Below, one piece after another: positions 41,203 to 50,671 of a stretch of DNA of 50,689 nucleotides (its first letter is position 1; the number at the start of each line of letters is the position of its first letter). Position numbers and translations under genes: made by a program. Below the pieces are notes generated by a model, which saw only the letters and a program-made list of their open reading frames with translations, made no database searches and was not told the DNA's origin. The stretch comes from Syntrophaceae bacterium UBA4767 (GTDB taxonomy: Bacteria; Desulfobacterota; Syntrophia; Syntrophales; UBA4767). The stretch covers positions 15,795-66,483 of the forward strand of contig DHHR01000035.1 of assembly GCA_002403385.1 (NCBI GenBank). The letters run 5' to 3'.

Positions 41203-42117
41203 ATGTCTGTTAATCTCGTTGCCATCGTTGGACCGACGGCAACGGGAAAAACGGTGTTAGCTGTTCGCCTAGCATCAGAGATTGGCGGTGAAATTATTTC
41301 TGCCGATTCCCGCCAGGTTTACCGGAGGATGAATATTGGAACCGGCAAGGATCTCGACGCCTATAGGCTCGGCAAAAGTGTCATTCCACATTACCTCATT
41401 GATATTGTCGATCCTGATTATGAATTTAATGCTTTTGAATATCAAAAGCTCTTTTTCCGGCGCTTCGCTGAAATAACCTTGCGAGGGGTCATGCCTATTA
41501 TGGTAGGAGGTACGGGTCTTTATATAGAGACTGTACTGAAAAACTATCAGATGATAGAAGCCCCTGAAGACATGTCTTGGAGAAGCGCTCTCGCCGGCAA
41601 AAACATCTCTTGCCTGATTAATCTATTGAAAAAATTAAATCCAAGCCTCCATAATACAACGGACATTACTGATAGAGGACGCATAATCCGGGCAATAGAA
41701 ATAGCAAAGCAATCTAAAGACGCAACACATCTTCCCCCGGAGCGGCCGCTGCTTGATCCGCTCGTTATCGGCATACATTGGGATAGAGCAATGCTCCGCC
41801 AGAGGATTACCCAACGCTTGAAACAGCGAATGGAACACGGAATGATCGATGAGGTCAAGAACCTTCATGACATTGGCATCAGTTGGGAGAGGTTGCATGC
41901 ATTTGGCCTAGAATACCGCTATATCAGTCAATATCTCCAGAAAAGAATCAACTACAATGAAATGTTTCTTCTCCTAAACGCCAAAATTCACCAGTATGCA
42001 AAAAGACAGGAAACATGGTTTAGACGCATGGGAAGACAGGGGATAAAGATTCACTGGGTCGAAGGCAACGATTATTGCGCATTGAAGAAAATCGTTGACG
42101 AGGCATTGACACGCTAA
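41203..42117 (+). CDS. miaA: tRNA dimethylallyltransferase
   Basis: GPTATGKT, ADSRQVY, IGTGK, VGGTGLY, YAKRQETWF. Confidence 0.93.
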   Translation: MSVNLVAIVGPTATGKTVLAVRLASEIGGEIISADSRQVYRRMNIGTGKDLDAYRLGKSVIPHYLIDIVDPDYEFNAFEYQKLFFRRFAEITLRGVMPIMVGGTGLYIETVLKNYQMIEAPEDMSWRSALAGKNISCLINLLKKLNPSLHNTTDITDRGRIIRAIEIAKQSKDATHLPPERPLLDPLVIGIHWDRAMLRQRITQRLKQRMEHGMIDEVKNLHDIGISWERLHAFGLEYRYISQYLQKRINYNEMFLLLNAKIHQYAKRQETWFRRMGRQGIKIHWVEGNDYCALKKIVDEALTR

Positions 42118-42226
42118 TACCCTTTTTAAGGAATAACTGTAAAGTAAGAATGAAATAATTCTTTAAATTTACTGAAAATTCATGTAAAAATTTAAGCCAG
42201 GTTCTAAACTTCATAGGAGAGATCAA

Positions 42227-43300
42227 ATGAAGAAAACGTTTATTATTTTTACTGCCTTTGTCCTGTTTTGTTTCAATGTTTTTCTCATAGGCGGTTGTAC
42301 GTCGAAAAAAGAGGAAGAGCGAAAGACTGTATCAGAAGCAACACAAGATGAAAAGGCCAAACAATTGCCTGTGTCTGGCGGCGCTTTCAGCAAAGCAATT
42401 GGCCCTGCTACGGTCGTTGTCGATGTCGATGGGGCAACGCTAACACAAGGACAGATTGATGACGATATCAAGAAGAACATCTCCCGCTTTGGAGGGAAAA
42501 TCCCTGCGGACCGTCTTGAAAAATTCAAAGACAGCATGAGAAAACAACTGATCAATCAATTTGTTGTCCGAACATTGCTTTCCAATGAGGTCAACCGGTT
42601 AAAAATACCGGCTTCAGATAAAGAAGTATCTGCCGCAATACAACAGTTGAAAAGCTCGCTTCCCCAGGGAATTACAATAGAAAATATCTTAAAGAAGGGA
42701 AACATCAGCGAAAAAAATTTTCGGGAAGAAATCCGCTTGGGCATTCAAACGAAGAAATTGGTGCTTTCCTCAATGAAAGGCAAAACAAAACCAACCGACA
42801 AAGAAATAACGGCTTTTTACCAAAAAAACAAGGAAATGTTTAAGGCCCCTGAATCGGTTCACGCTCGGCATATCCTGATTGCTACGAGCGCCAAAGATGA
42901 CGATAAACTGAAAGCTGAGAAAAAAACAAAAGCGGAAGAAATCCGCAAGTCTCTCATGGAAGGCGCAGACTTCGCCGCCATGGCCAAGAAGTTTTCTGAT
43001 TGTCCCAGTAAAGTCAATGGCGGCGATCTTGGGACCTTTTATAAGGGACAAATGGAAAAACCTTTTGAAAACGCCGCATTTTCTCAGGAGATAAATACCA
43101 TCGGACCCGTTGTGGAAACCCCGTACGGCTACCACATCATCGAGGTTTTGGAACATCATCAGCCCACGATCGTGAGTTTGGACCAAAAAATAAAGGAAAG
43201 GATAGCCCTCTTTCTGCAGCAACAAAAGCAAGAGGAAGCCTTTCAAAATCTTGTGAAAAATTTAAAAGCAAAAGCAAAAATCGCTCTGTACGTTCCCTAA
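42227..43300 (+). CDS. Parvulin-type peptidyl-prolyl isomerase lipoprotein (PrsA/SurA-like)
   Basis: Lipobox IGGC; HILI, FS.CPS..GGDLG, PFE.AAF, GYHII. Confidence 0.9.
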   Translation: MKKTFIIFTAFVLFCFNVFLIGGCTSKKEEERKTVSEATQDEKAKQLPVSGGAFSKAIGPATVVVDVDGATLTQGQIDDDIKKNISRFGGKIPADRLEKFKDSMRKQLINQFVVRTLLSNEVNRLKIPASDKEVSAAIQQLKSSLPQGITIENILKKGNISEKNFREEIRLGIQTKKLVLSSMKGKTKPTDKEITAFYQKNKEMFKAPESVHARHILIATSAKDDDKLKAEKKTKAEEIRKSLMEGADFAAMAKKFSDCPSKVNGGDLGTFYKGQMEKPFENAAFSQEINTIGPVVETPYGYHIIEVLEHHQPTIVSLDQKIKERIALFLQQQKQEEAFQNLVKNLKAKAKIALYVP

Positions 43301-43324
43301 AACACCAGGCGCTGAAATCCGCCT

Positions 43325-43427
43325 GTCATCCTGAGCTTGTCGATTGTCATCCTGAGCTTGCCGAAGGGCGCCACCCCTCTGTCATCCTGACAAAACCCAT
43401 AAATCTTGACTTTTTACGAACTCATCA
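43325..43427. mobile_element. Partial MITE family B (one TIR)
   Basis: Tandem GTCATCCTGAGCTTG(T/C)CGA units, then GACTTTTTACGAACTCATCA end. Confidence 0.7.
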
Positions 43428-43430
43428 TGT

Positions 43431-44246
43431 TTAGAAGAAATGTTCTTTATTAGGAAATTCCCCCGCTCTTACCTCATCAACATATGCTTTAATTGCATCC
43501 TTCATAACATGATTGAGGTTGACGTATTTCTTTACAAATTTTGGCGTAAATTTTTCGTACATACCCAGCATGTCATTCACGACCAGCACCTGGCCATCAC
43601 AGTCCACCCCGGCGCCAATGCCGATGGTAGGGATGGCGATACTTTGCGTGATGGTTCTTGCCAGCGCCGCCGGCACGCATTCTAAAACCACGGCAAAAGC
43701 GCCTGCCTCTTCGACAATTTTAGCATCTTCAATAATCCTTGCCGCAACGGCGGCATCTCGCCCCTGAACCTTATATCCCCCAAATTGATGCACAGACTGC
43801 GGAGTAAGGCCTAAATGCGCCATAACGGGAATGCCTGCCGAGGTTATCCTCTTTATAATTGATGCAACCTCACTGCCGCCTTCAAGTTTCACCCCTTGCG
43901 CATCTGTTTCCTTCAGAAAACGCCCTGCATTGCGAAGCGCCTCTTTTTCCGAAGCCTGATAGGACATAAACGGCATATCACCGATAACCATTGCATGCCT
44001 GGCCGCTCGAGCCACCGCTTTGGTGTGATGGAGCATATCATCCATTGTCACCGGCAATGTGCTGTCATAACCGAGGATAACCATCCCCAGAGAATCTCCC
44101 ACCAGAATAATATCAACGCCGGCCTTATCCACAATCGTTGCCATCGAATAATCATATGCCGTCAGCATGGCAATTTTTTCACCCCTTTTCTTCATGTCAC
44201 GAATAGCGGATGTCGTAATCCTGCCCATTTCCCCCTGTTTACTCAT
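43431..44246 (-). CDS. panB: Ketopantoate hydroxymethyltransferase
   Basis: LTAYD, LVGDSLG, DMPF, VKLEGG, GLTPQ, IGIGAG. Confidence 0.97.
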   Translation of the reverse strand: MSKQGEMGRITTSAIRDMKKRGEKIAMLTAYDYSMATIVDKAGVDIILVGDSLGMVILGYDSTLPVTMDDMLHHTKAVARAARHAMVIGDMPFMSYQASEKEALRNAGRFLKETDAQGVKLEGGSEVASIIKRITSAGIPVMAHLGLTPQSVHQFGGYKVQGRDAAVAARIIEDAKIVEEAGAFAVVLECVPAALARTITQSIAIPTIGIGAGVDCDGQVLVVNDMLGMYEKFTPKFVKKYVNLNHVMKDAIKAYVDEVRAGEFPNKEHFF

Positions 44247-45141
44247 TTCTTATACCTCCTGATAAGATGCTTTTTAACAGACCGGCTTTATCTTCCGATA
44301 AGGTTCCCTTCTTTTCCACTATATCAACGGTTAAGATGCCCATTGTACGATAAAAGTCCATGACATGCGGGGCTTTTGTCTTTAAAACATCCAGATGTTT
44401 TCTTATCGTTCCTGCATCGCCGCGTGAAATGGGCCCCGTAAGTGAATTAACGCAACCGCCGGTTTTGATATTTTGCATGGTGCCTTCTACAAGCGGCCAG
44501 AAAGCGCGGAGAGCCGCCTCCTGATCCAACCCTAGAGAAAGATAAATATTTTCCACAATATGGATCAGTGTGATTAGGTAATTTGAAGCCATACAGGCCG
44601 CTGCATGATAAAGCGGTTTTTCCGCTTCAGAAATAGAAAATGGGATGCCGCCTATATCATCTACGATCTGAAATGCCCAATTGCGTATTTCATCGTCGGC
44701 AGTGACTCCAAATGCGCTGCCCCGTATATTTCGGATGGCGCTTTCAACATCAGCAAACGTCTGCAGCGGATGAATGCCGGCTACGTGCGCGCCCAATCTT
44801 CGCGCGGGCTCAAGAAGATCAAGTCCGCCGGCGCCGCTTAAATGGACGACTCTATTTCCTTTTTTAACCGCGCCGCCCTCTGATATTTCAGCGCATACGG
44901 ATAAAATGGCATCATCGGGGGTTGCAATAAGAATATTTGGGGCCTGAGCTGCCGCCTCCACAACATCCTTATAAATTTTAGCGCCGGTATATTTCATGCC
45001 CCGCCTCGCATTTCGTCCTGACAGGTCGGCGATGGAAACAATGGGATATCCCGCATTTTTCAGCAGGCAGCCTATGGCGGAACCGACCTTCCCTGCCCCG
45101 ATAATGGCAAACGATTCTTTGAGATTTTTCTTAGTCGGCAT
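44239..45141 (-). CDS. panG: Rossmann-like + DUF2520 protein (PanG-type ketopantoate reductase)
   Basis: [36 protein letters not shown]; directly upstream of panB. Confidence 0.8.
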   Translation of the reverse strand: MPTKKNLKESFAIIGAGKVGSAIGCLLKNAGYPIVSIADLSGRNARRGMKYTGAKIYKDVVEAAAQAPNILIATPDDAILSVCAEISEGGAVKKGNRVVHLSGAGGLDLLEPARRLGAHVAGIHPLQTFADVESAIRNIRGSAFGVTADDEIRNWAFQIVDDIGGIPFSISEAEKPLYHAAACMASNYLITLIHIVENIYLSLGLDQEAALRAFWPLVEGTMQNIKTGGCVNSLTGPISRGDAGTIRKHLDVLKTKAPHVMDFYRTMGILTVDIVEKKGTLSEDKAGLLKSILSGGIRNE

Positions 45142-45147
45142 TGTTAT

Positions 45148-45243
45148 TTACCCAATCGTAAAAAGTCAAAATTCGCGGGTTTTGTCATGGTGAGCCCTTC
45201 GGCCAGCTCAGGGTGACAATTGGGACTTTTTACGAGTGCATCA
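45148..45243. mobile_element. MITE family B short copy (96 bp), TSD TTAT
   Basis: Same ends as the 29735 copy, with an internal deletion between GCTCAGG repeats. Confidence 0.85.
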
Positions 45244-45256
45244 TTATTGATTCCAC

Positions 45257-45352
45257 AAAAAAGCCTCAACGTCATGGACGAGAGGCTATAAACCATCTTT
45301 GTAATCACTCAAACAACCTTCCGTCCCAGTCCGTCGCTTCGGATCCAAGCAG
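45257..45352 (-). ncRNA. pan-motif-like leader RNA with downstream terminator
   Basis: Bulged hairpin CTGCTTGGATCCG..CGGACTGGGACGG and terminator AGCCTC..GAGGCT+TTTTT upstream of panG-panB; TTGACA promoter at 45385-45390. Confidence 0.65.
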
Positions 45353-45474
45353 TTTTTAAATTACTATCACGCAAAAAGCTGATATGTCAAGGCATTTTCT
45401 TTTCAGCTAAAGCAGGCAGCAAAAAAATATTGCATATCCTCTGTCCAAAATATATGAATAAACATTCATGCTAT

Positions 45475-45647
45475 GAGACCTTTGAAAAACGGCCCCTCAC
45501 GTCATTCCGACGCGTCACCCCGATGAAAATCGGGGCGTAATCTATAACGGCCTGAAAACACTGGATTCCCCCGTATCGGGTATGGGGCGGGCTCAAGTCA
45601 AGCACGGAATGACGACAAGGCGATTTAATCACAAATTCAAAGGTCTC
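45475..45647 (+). mobile_element. MITE family A (173 bp), TSD GCTAT
   Basis: Perfect 12-bp TIRs; near-identical interior. Confidence 0.92.
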
Positions 45648-45710
45648 GCTATATATACGTGACAAGCATTATTAATCTCATAAATCATTTTTGATAAAAA
45701 AGAAAAGCAC

Positions 45711-46649
45711 ATGGAAAAAACAGGAAAAAAAGTCGGGCTCGTTCTGGGAGGCGGCGGCGCGCGCGGATTCGCGCATATCGGCGTTCTGAAGGTCCTTGAG
45801 GAAAACAAAATCCCTATCGACATTATAGTAGGCGCCAGCATAGGCGCTCTCATCGGGGGCGCTTACGCCGCAGGGATTGACCCTGCCAAGCTCGAAAAGA
45901 TGGTTATCGACTTCGAAAAAAGCGAAACATTTCGGTCCTCGCCGATAAGAAAATTTGAAGACGCTGGCGCTGAGGCAAAATCGGGAGGCATGCTCCGGAA
46001 AGCCATCAGCTTCATAAAAGCCGGGTTTTGGGGAATGCAGTCCCTGTTAAAACAGGGGCTTTTATCCACCGAAGAGTTTGAGCCTATTATCAGCTATTTC
46101 ATACCCGATATTCAGATACAGGACACAAAGATTGTTTTTAGAGCCACAACAACCGATCTTCGCACAGGAAAACAGATTATTGTTTCCAGGGGGCCGCTCC
46201 GTCAGGCTGTTATGGCAAGCTGCGCGGTGCCCGGCGCGGTGGAGCCCTTGGCGCATGGCGCACAGCTTCTTTCCGATGGCGGCATCACATCTTTGGCGCC
46301 GGTTGGGGCGGCAAAGAAAGAAGGCGCAGACATCATCATTGCCGTTGATGTGGGAAAAGACATCTCAATGGAAACCGAGATGCGAACAGCAAACGATATT
46401 TCTGGAAGGGCCGGCGATATAACCTCCCACTGCCTGCTCAATTATGAGCTAAAAGAAGCCGATGTTGTCATTCGTCCAAACGTGGGAAATTTGTTGTGGT
46501 ATGATTTTTCCCACGCGCGGGAGTTGATTCATGAAGGTGAAAAGGCGGCTAGAGAATGTTTGGAAAAAATAAAAAATAGTATAGATTTTAAAAAACCTTC
46601 GAAAATGAAGTTTTTACCCCGGTTCTTGAGAAAATTCTTTACAGGCTGA
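45711..46649 (+). CDS. Patatin-like phospholipase
   Basis: LGGGGARG, GASIG, DGG. Confidence 0.93.
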   Translation: MEKTGKKVGLVLGGGGARGFAHIGVLKVLEENKIPIDIIVGASIGALIGGAYAAGIDPAKLEKMVIDFEKSETFRSSPIRKFEDAGAEAKSGGMLRKAISFIKAGFWGMQSLLKQGLLSTEEFEPIISYFIPDIQIQDTKIVFRATTTDLRTGKQIIVSRGPLRQAVMASCAVPGAVEPLAHGAQLLSDGGITSLAPVGAAKKEGADIIIAVDVGKDISMETEMRTANDISGRAGDITSHCLLNYELKEADVVIRPNVGNLLWYDFSHARELIHEGEKAARECLEKIKNSIDFKKPSKMKFLPRFLRKFFTG

Positions 46650-46715
46650 CAGAAAGAGCCATTTATACACCACGTCATAAATAATTGCGCATGAGCGTTA
46701 TGGTTCGTCAGGGTT

Positions 46716-46809
46716 GTCATGGTTCGACCGTTCGACGAGCTCACCATGACACTTGAGCTCACCATGACATTATGTTGTCACCCTGAGCTTGTCGAAGGGC
46801 GACGAAGGG
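46716..46809. repeat. Cluster of family B REP-like core units without TIRs
   Basis: GTCATGGTTCGAC..GCTCACCATGAC and GTCACCCTGAGCTTGTCGAAGGG. Confidence 0.75.
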
Positions 46810-46821
46810 CTAGGATAAAGC

Positions 46822-47583
46822 ATGAGATATCTGATTACAAATGATGACGGCATTTATGCCAAAGGATTGAGCGCTCTATACAATGAATTATCAAAGGATG
46901 CGGAATGCCTGATTGTTGCGCCTGAAGTCGAACAGAGCGCCGTCGGTCATGCCATAACCATATTTCAGCCGCTTATGGTCAGACAGGCGAGAAAAAACGG
47001 CCGTTTTTTAGGATACGCCGTGAAGGGAACCCCCGCCGACTGCGTGAAAATCGGCGTTAGGGAATTGTCCGAAAAGCCCGTTGATCTGGTGGCATCCGGA
47101 ATCAATCTTGGCGCCAATGTGGGAATAAATGTGATCTATTCCGGCACGGTTTCCGCCGCCACAGAGGGCGCCATCCTGGGCATTCCATCCATGGCAATCT
47201 CCCTTGACGCAAGGAAAACCGGAGATTTTCGATTTGCGGCGCAATTTGCCAGAAAGATGGCTGCCTTTATGATGGAAAATCCCATCCCGAACATCGTCAT
47301 GAACGTTAATGTGCCGGCTTTGCCTGAAGAGGAAATAAAAGGCGTCATGGTTACGAAACAGGGAAGAGCGCGGCTGGTGGAAAGTTTTGAAAAGAGGGTG
47401 GATCCCAGGGATAATATCTACTACTGGCTGGCCGGAGAAACCCGTCTGTCCGCTTACGAGGAAGAGGATTCGGACGGCAGCGTCTTAAGCCGGGGCATGA
47501 TTTCCATTACGCCCATTTACTTTGATTTAACCCGCCACGACATTCTCGATACACTGGCGGAAAAGATAAAAAGGTTCTTTTAG
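46822..47583 (+). CDS. surE: 5'/3'-nucleotidase SurE
   Basis: LITNDDGI, GTPADCV, SGINLGAN, YSGTVSAA. Confidence 0.97.
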   Translation: MRYLITNDDGIYAKGLSALYNELSKDAECLIVAPEVEQSAVGHAITIFQPLMVRQARKNGRFLGYAVKGTPADCVKIGVRELSEKPVDLVASGINLGANVGINVIYSGTVSAATEGAILGIPSMAISLDARKTGDFRFAAQFARKMAAFMMENPIPNIVMNVNVPALPEEEIKGVMVTKQGRARLVESFEKRVDPRDNIYYWLAGETRLSAYEEEDSDGSVLSRGMISITPIYFDLTRHDILDTLAEKIKRFF

Positions 47584-48443
47584 CATGTCAACAAAACAGG
47601 AATAGTTGTTTTCCTGATTACATCTGACGTTGTAGAGCCCAACAGCATTTTCTTGAGACGGTGATGTCCGTAAGCCCCCATCACCAGCAGTTCTACGGCC
47701 CCTTGCCGGATAAATCCGAGAAGCTCTTTGTCTGCATCGCCTGTCAATATAATCGTTTCATTGTTTATAATTATCTCTTTTTCAATTTTCAGCGCTTCAA
47801 TAAAATCTTCCAGCTTTTTTGTAAGCTCTGCGGCACGTTGATAATCCCTTGTCACGATAATCGTTGTAAGGGGCCATGAAGCATTGTGCGACAGGTCCAC
47901 AGCCAGAGACAGGGCGCGCTCAGCAGGCATACTCCCGTCGTAAGCCAGCGCCATGCTTTCAATTTCCATGAAACGCCCCGGTGTCACCATCACCGGTCTG
48001 CCGGCCTTCCGCGCAACGGATTCAGCGGTGGAGCCGAGAACCGCGCCGCCAGGCAAGTGAAAACGCTCGCCTCTTTGCGCTAAAACAATAAGCTGCGCCT
48101 CTTGGCCTTCTTGAACGATCGTCTCGGCAACCATGCCTACCATCTTCTTTGCTTCTGATGGAACCCCCGCTTTTTTGCACCTTTGGGAAAAAACTTCGAG
48201 GAGGGAATCCGCCTTTTCAACAAGACCGGCCTCCAGCATGGCCGGCATCTCCTGTTGACAAGACAGCAGCCCGATGGAGACGGGAATATCGGCGCCCACC
48301 AACGCCGGCAAAAAGCGGGCATCGATTACATGAAGCCCTGTCAACTGCGCGCTTAGTCTTCGGGCGAGGCAAATGCCGTATTCAACGGCCACATTGCCAA
48401 AATCTGATCCATCAATGGGGATTAGGATTTTTTTAACCGGTAT
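47580..48443 (-). CDS. Tandem-domain universal stress protein (apparent ATA start)
   Basis: KKILIPIDGS upstream of the called ORF in frame; LGSTAESV, AYDGS, MGAYGH, LLGSTT. Confidence 0.85.
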   Translation of the reverse strand: MPVKKILIPIDGSDFGNVAVEYGICLARRLSAQLTGLHVIDARFLPALVGADIPVSIGLLSCQQEMPAMLEAGLVEKADSLLEVFSQRCKKAGVPSEAKKMVGMVAETIVQEGQEAQLIVLAQRGERFHLPGGAVLGSTAESVARKAGRPVMVTPGRFMEIESMALAYDGSMPAERALSLAVDLSHNASWPLTTIIVTRDYQRAAELTKKLEDFIEALKIEKEIIINNETIILTGDADKELLGFIRQGAVELLVMGAYGHHRLKKMLLGSTTSDVIRKTTIPVLLTC

Positions 48444-48455
48444 TGATTCCTCCTG

Positions 48456-49345
48456 CTACTGGACGAGGCCGGGGATGGAACCCTTCGTGCCGTAGTTGCC
48501 CCCGCCGCCGTGGCCTTCATCGACATAGTCGCATTTGATCGTCCCTTTAATAATCTTATCCGGCGCACCCAAAACATCGGTGATTGTGACCTCGGCAAAC
48601 CCCACAATCGTTAAGGACTGGTTTGGGTTCTTACAATTCGTCGAGTCATAAACCGGCACCGTTGTGGTCCAGGTATTTGGATCTGTATCATTATCATACA
48701 CGCCGTCATTTTTAATTCTCATGGTATTGAACAGGGTTTCCATGGCCTCGAACGTCTGTTCGGACAAGTTGCCGCCGATAAAATTGAATCGTGTTTCACC
48801 GGCAAACGTCTCAGGACTTTGGAATGTCCCATTATTGAGGCCCTCTAAGATTTCTCTAAGTCCGCTATCACTCGTCTTCGTGTCGGTATAGCTATGCCAG
48901 CCGCCGCAACTCTTCCCATATAATTCGTCATATGTCTTATCGCCGCCAGTGGGAGAAAATCTTATCGCCTTGTTATCTAGGCAGCCCTGATCGAAGAAAT
49001 ACTTGGAAATCCCCACAGGAAGGGGGAGCCCTCCGGGACCGGCTTTGCTTTGCCCGGTCAGGGCGGCGGTTGCGATCGTTGACACATTCACCGAATTGAT
49101 TCCCAGGACACTGGCAAAAAAAGTGCTGATGGGTCCGGCGCTGCCTGCGTTGGAGTCCCTCCTTGCCACAACCTGAACGGCGTCCGGTTGTAATGTTCCC
49201 TCGATGAATTTAGGTGATCTTGTGTGGTCCCATGTGCCGATCTTTATATCGCCTGAATCTATGACAACGTTCGCGCCCGCCGCCTTGATCTACTTTTGAA
49301 TGCAACTTGGTATTATCGTCTTTGTTTTGAACCACTGTTTCGCAA
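48456..49345 (-). pseudogene. Degenerate TadG/Flp pilus-assembly-like protein
   Basis: AVQVVARR...TFFASVLG...ATATA and VPVY...IVGFA resemble TadG-like proteins; in-frame TAG at 49290-49292; N-terminal TM/Tad segment absent. Confidence 0.6.
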
Positions 49346-49476
49346 TGCCTCCTAAAAACTCTCATGGCGCCATATTGATAAACCGCATTGTTTTTATATT
49401 ACAATTAACCTAGGCCATGCAATATATTTTTGCGCCTCTTCAAATAATATTTTCTTGTCAAAAAACAAACTCGGCG

Positions 49477-49543
49477 CCCTTCGACCCTTCGGTAAACTCA
49501 GGACAAACAGCTCAGGGTGACAACCTCTTTTACGAAACCATCA
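49477..49543. mobile_element. Partial MITE family B (one TIR)
   Basis: Reverse complement of the nested unit at 4374-4420, plus TTTTACGAAACCATCA end. Confidence 0.72.
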
Positions 49544-49597
49544 ATCTTTATTTTAATGAACGTGAAACAAACTTGAGCTCAAAGAACATACTCACCA

Positions 49598-49681
49598 CAT
49601 CTGGCAACCCGGCGATCCTTCGGTTTGAAAGACCCGTGGCTTTCCGTCCCTCGGCATTTGGAGGGTTGGCTTTTTCAGATG
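49598..49681 (-). ncRNA. Cyclic-di-GMP-I (GEMM-I) riboswitch aptamer
   Basis: Minus strand CATCT..AAGCCAACCC..GGGACGGAAAGCCACGGGTC..GATCGCCGGGTTGCCAGATG; TTGACA-17-TACAAG promoter just upstream. Confidence 0.8.
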
Positions 49682-49750
49682 AGTCCCTTGTAATACGAAG
49701 CTAAACGTTTGTCAAGCTTTTTTTTTTTTACTTTTTTTTAAAAAAGCTGA

Positions 49751-50662
49751 CTATTCGTCGCGCAGCAGCGTCATGGCCATGCCGTATACGGAAGCGAAGG
49801 CCTCGCTCGACCGGATCAGGCTGGTCAAGGGAATCATTTCTGTCACTGTGGCGTAAAGCTTCTGGTCGTAAACGATGCTCCCCATGTCCACCGGGTGAAT
49901 CATGAGGTATTTCTCAGCCACCATCTGGATCACCCGCCCCGCCCCCTTGTCCCGCTTTTCCCGCGCCATGTTTGTAATCACGAAGGGCTGGATTTTCCGG
50001 ATTTCTTCCTGCAACACGGTCATGGCTTCTTTGCCGTCCAACTCCTCAACGATCTGCAGCAGCTCGTTGATGGAGCGCAGCTTGAGCTCATTGTTCGTAT
50101 CCATAGCCGTCTTAATCAGGCTGTAAAGGGATGACTTCTGGTTGACCACCTGGCTCAAGCGGCGGTACACAGTATTGCGGATGAAGGCGTAGGCATTCTG
50201 AATGGAGATCGGCTGCGGAATCAGGACGACGACTTTCTTGTCGGCAATCAAAAAGAAATCCAGCACGTTGTAGGATGTCCCGGCGCCCAGGTCAATAACG
50301 AGATAGTCGGCATCCAGCCGGGAGAGATTTTGGATGAGCTTTACCCTCTGAGAAACATGAATGTTGGCGAAGGAGAGAATATCACTGGCGCCGGCGATGA
50401 GGCGAAGATTTTCCAACTCCGTGTCAAGGCATATCTCTTCCAGGGAATCATATCGCCTCATCACAAAATCATTCAGCGTCCTCGGCGGATTCTTGATCCC
50501 CATAAAGGTATGGAGATTCGCGCCGCCCAAATCGGCATCCACGAGGATGGTTTTCTTGCCTATCCGGGCAAACCAGAAGGCCAGAAGGATGCTGACGGTG
50601 CTCTTGCCGACACCGCCCTTTCCGCCGCCGACAGCCACAATTTTTGGATGAGTTGCCACCAT
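49751..50662 (-). CDS. MinD/FlhG-family P-loop ATPase
   Basis: GGKGGVGKS deviant Walker A, DADLGGANLH, IDLGAG; AGGAG RBS. Confidence 0.88.
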   Translation of the reverse strand: MVATHPKIVAVGGGKGGVGKSTVSILLAFWFARIGKKTILVDADLGGANLHTFMGIKNPPRTLNDFVMRRYDSLEEICLDTELENLRLIAGASDILSFANIHVSQRVKLIQNLSRLDADYLVIDLGAGTSYNVLDFFLIADKKVVVLIPQPISIQNAYAFIRNTVYRRLSQVVNQKSSLYSLIKTAMDTNNELKLRSINELLQIVEELDGKEAMTVLQEEIRKIQPFVITNMAREKRDKGAGRVIQMVAEKYLMIHPVDMGSIVYDQKLYATVTEMIPLTSLIRSSEAFASVYGMAMTLLRDE

Positions 50663-50671
50663 TCACTCCTA

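Noticed and set aside
45471-45665. ORFs reading through MITE A (also 20253-20540, 40359-40550 and the purM extension from 32637)
   Set aside because: These are translations of the repeat with no RBS. Element plus TSD is 178 bp, not frame-preserving.
4348-49543. Palindromic repeats as a CRISPR array
   Set aside because: They are dispersed, with no regular repeat-spacer period and no cas genes
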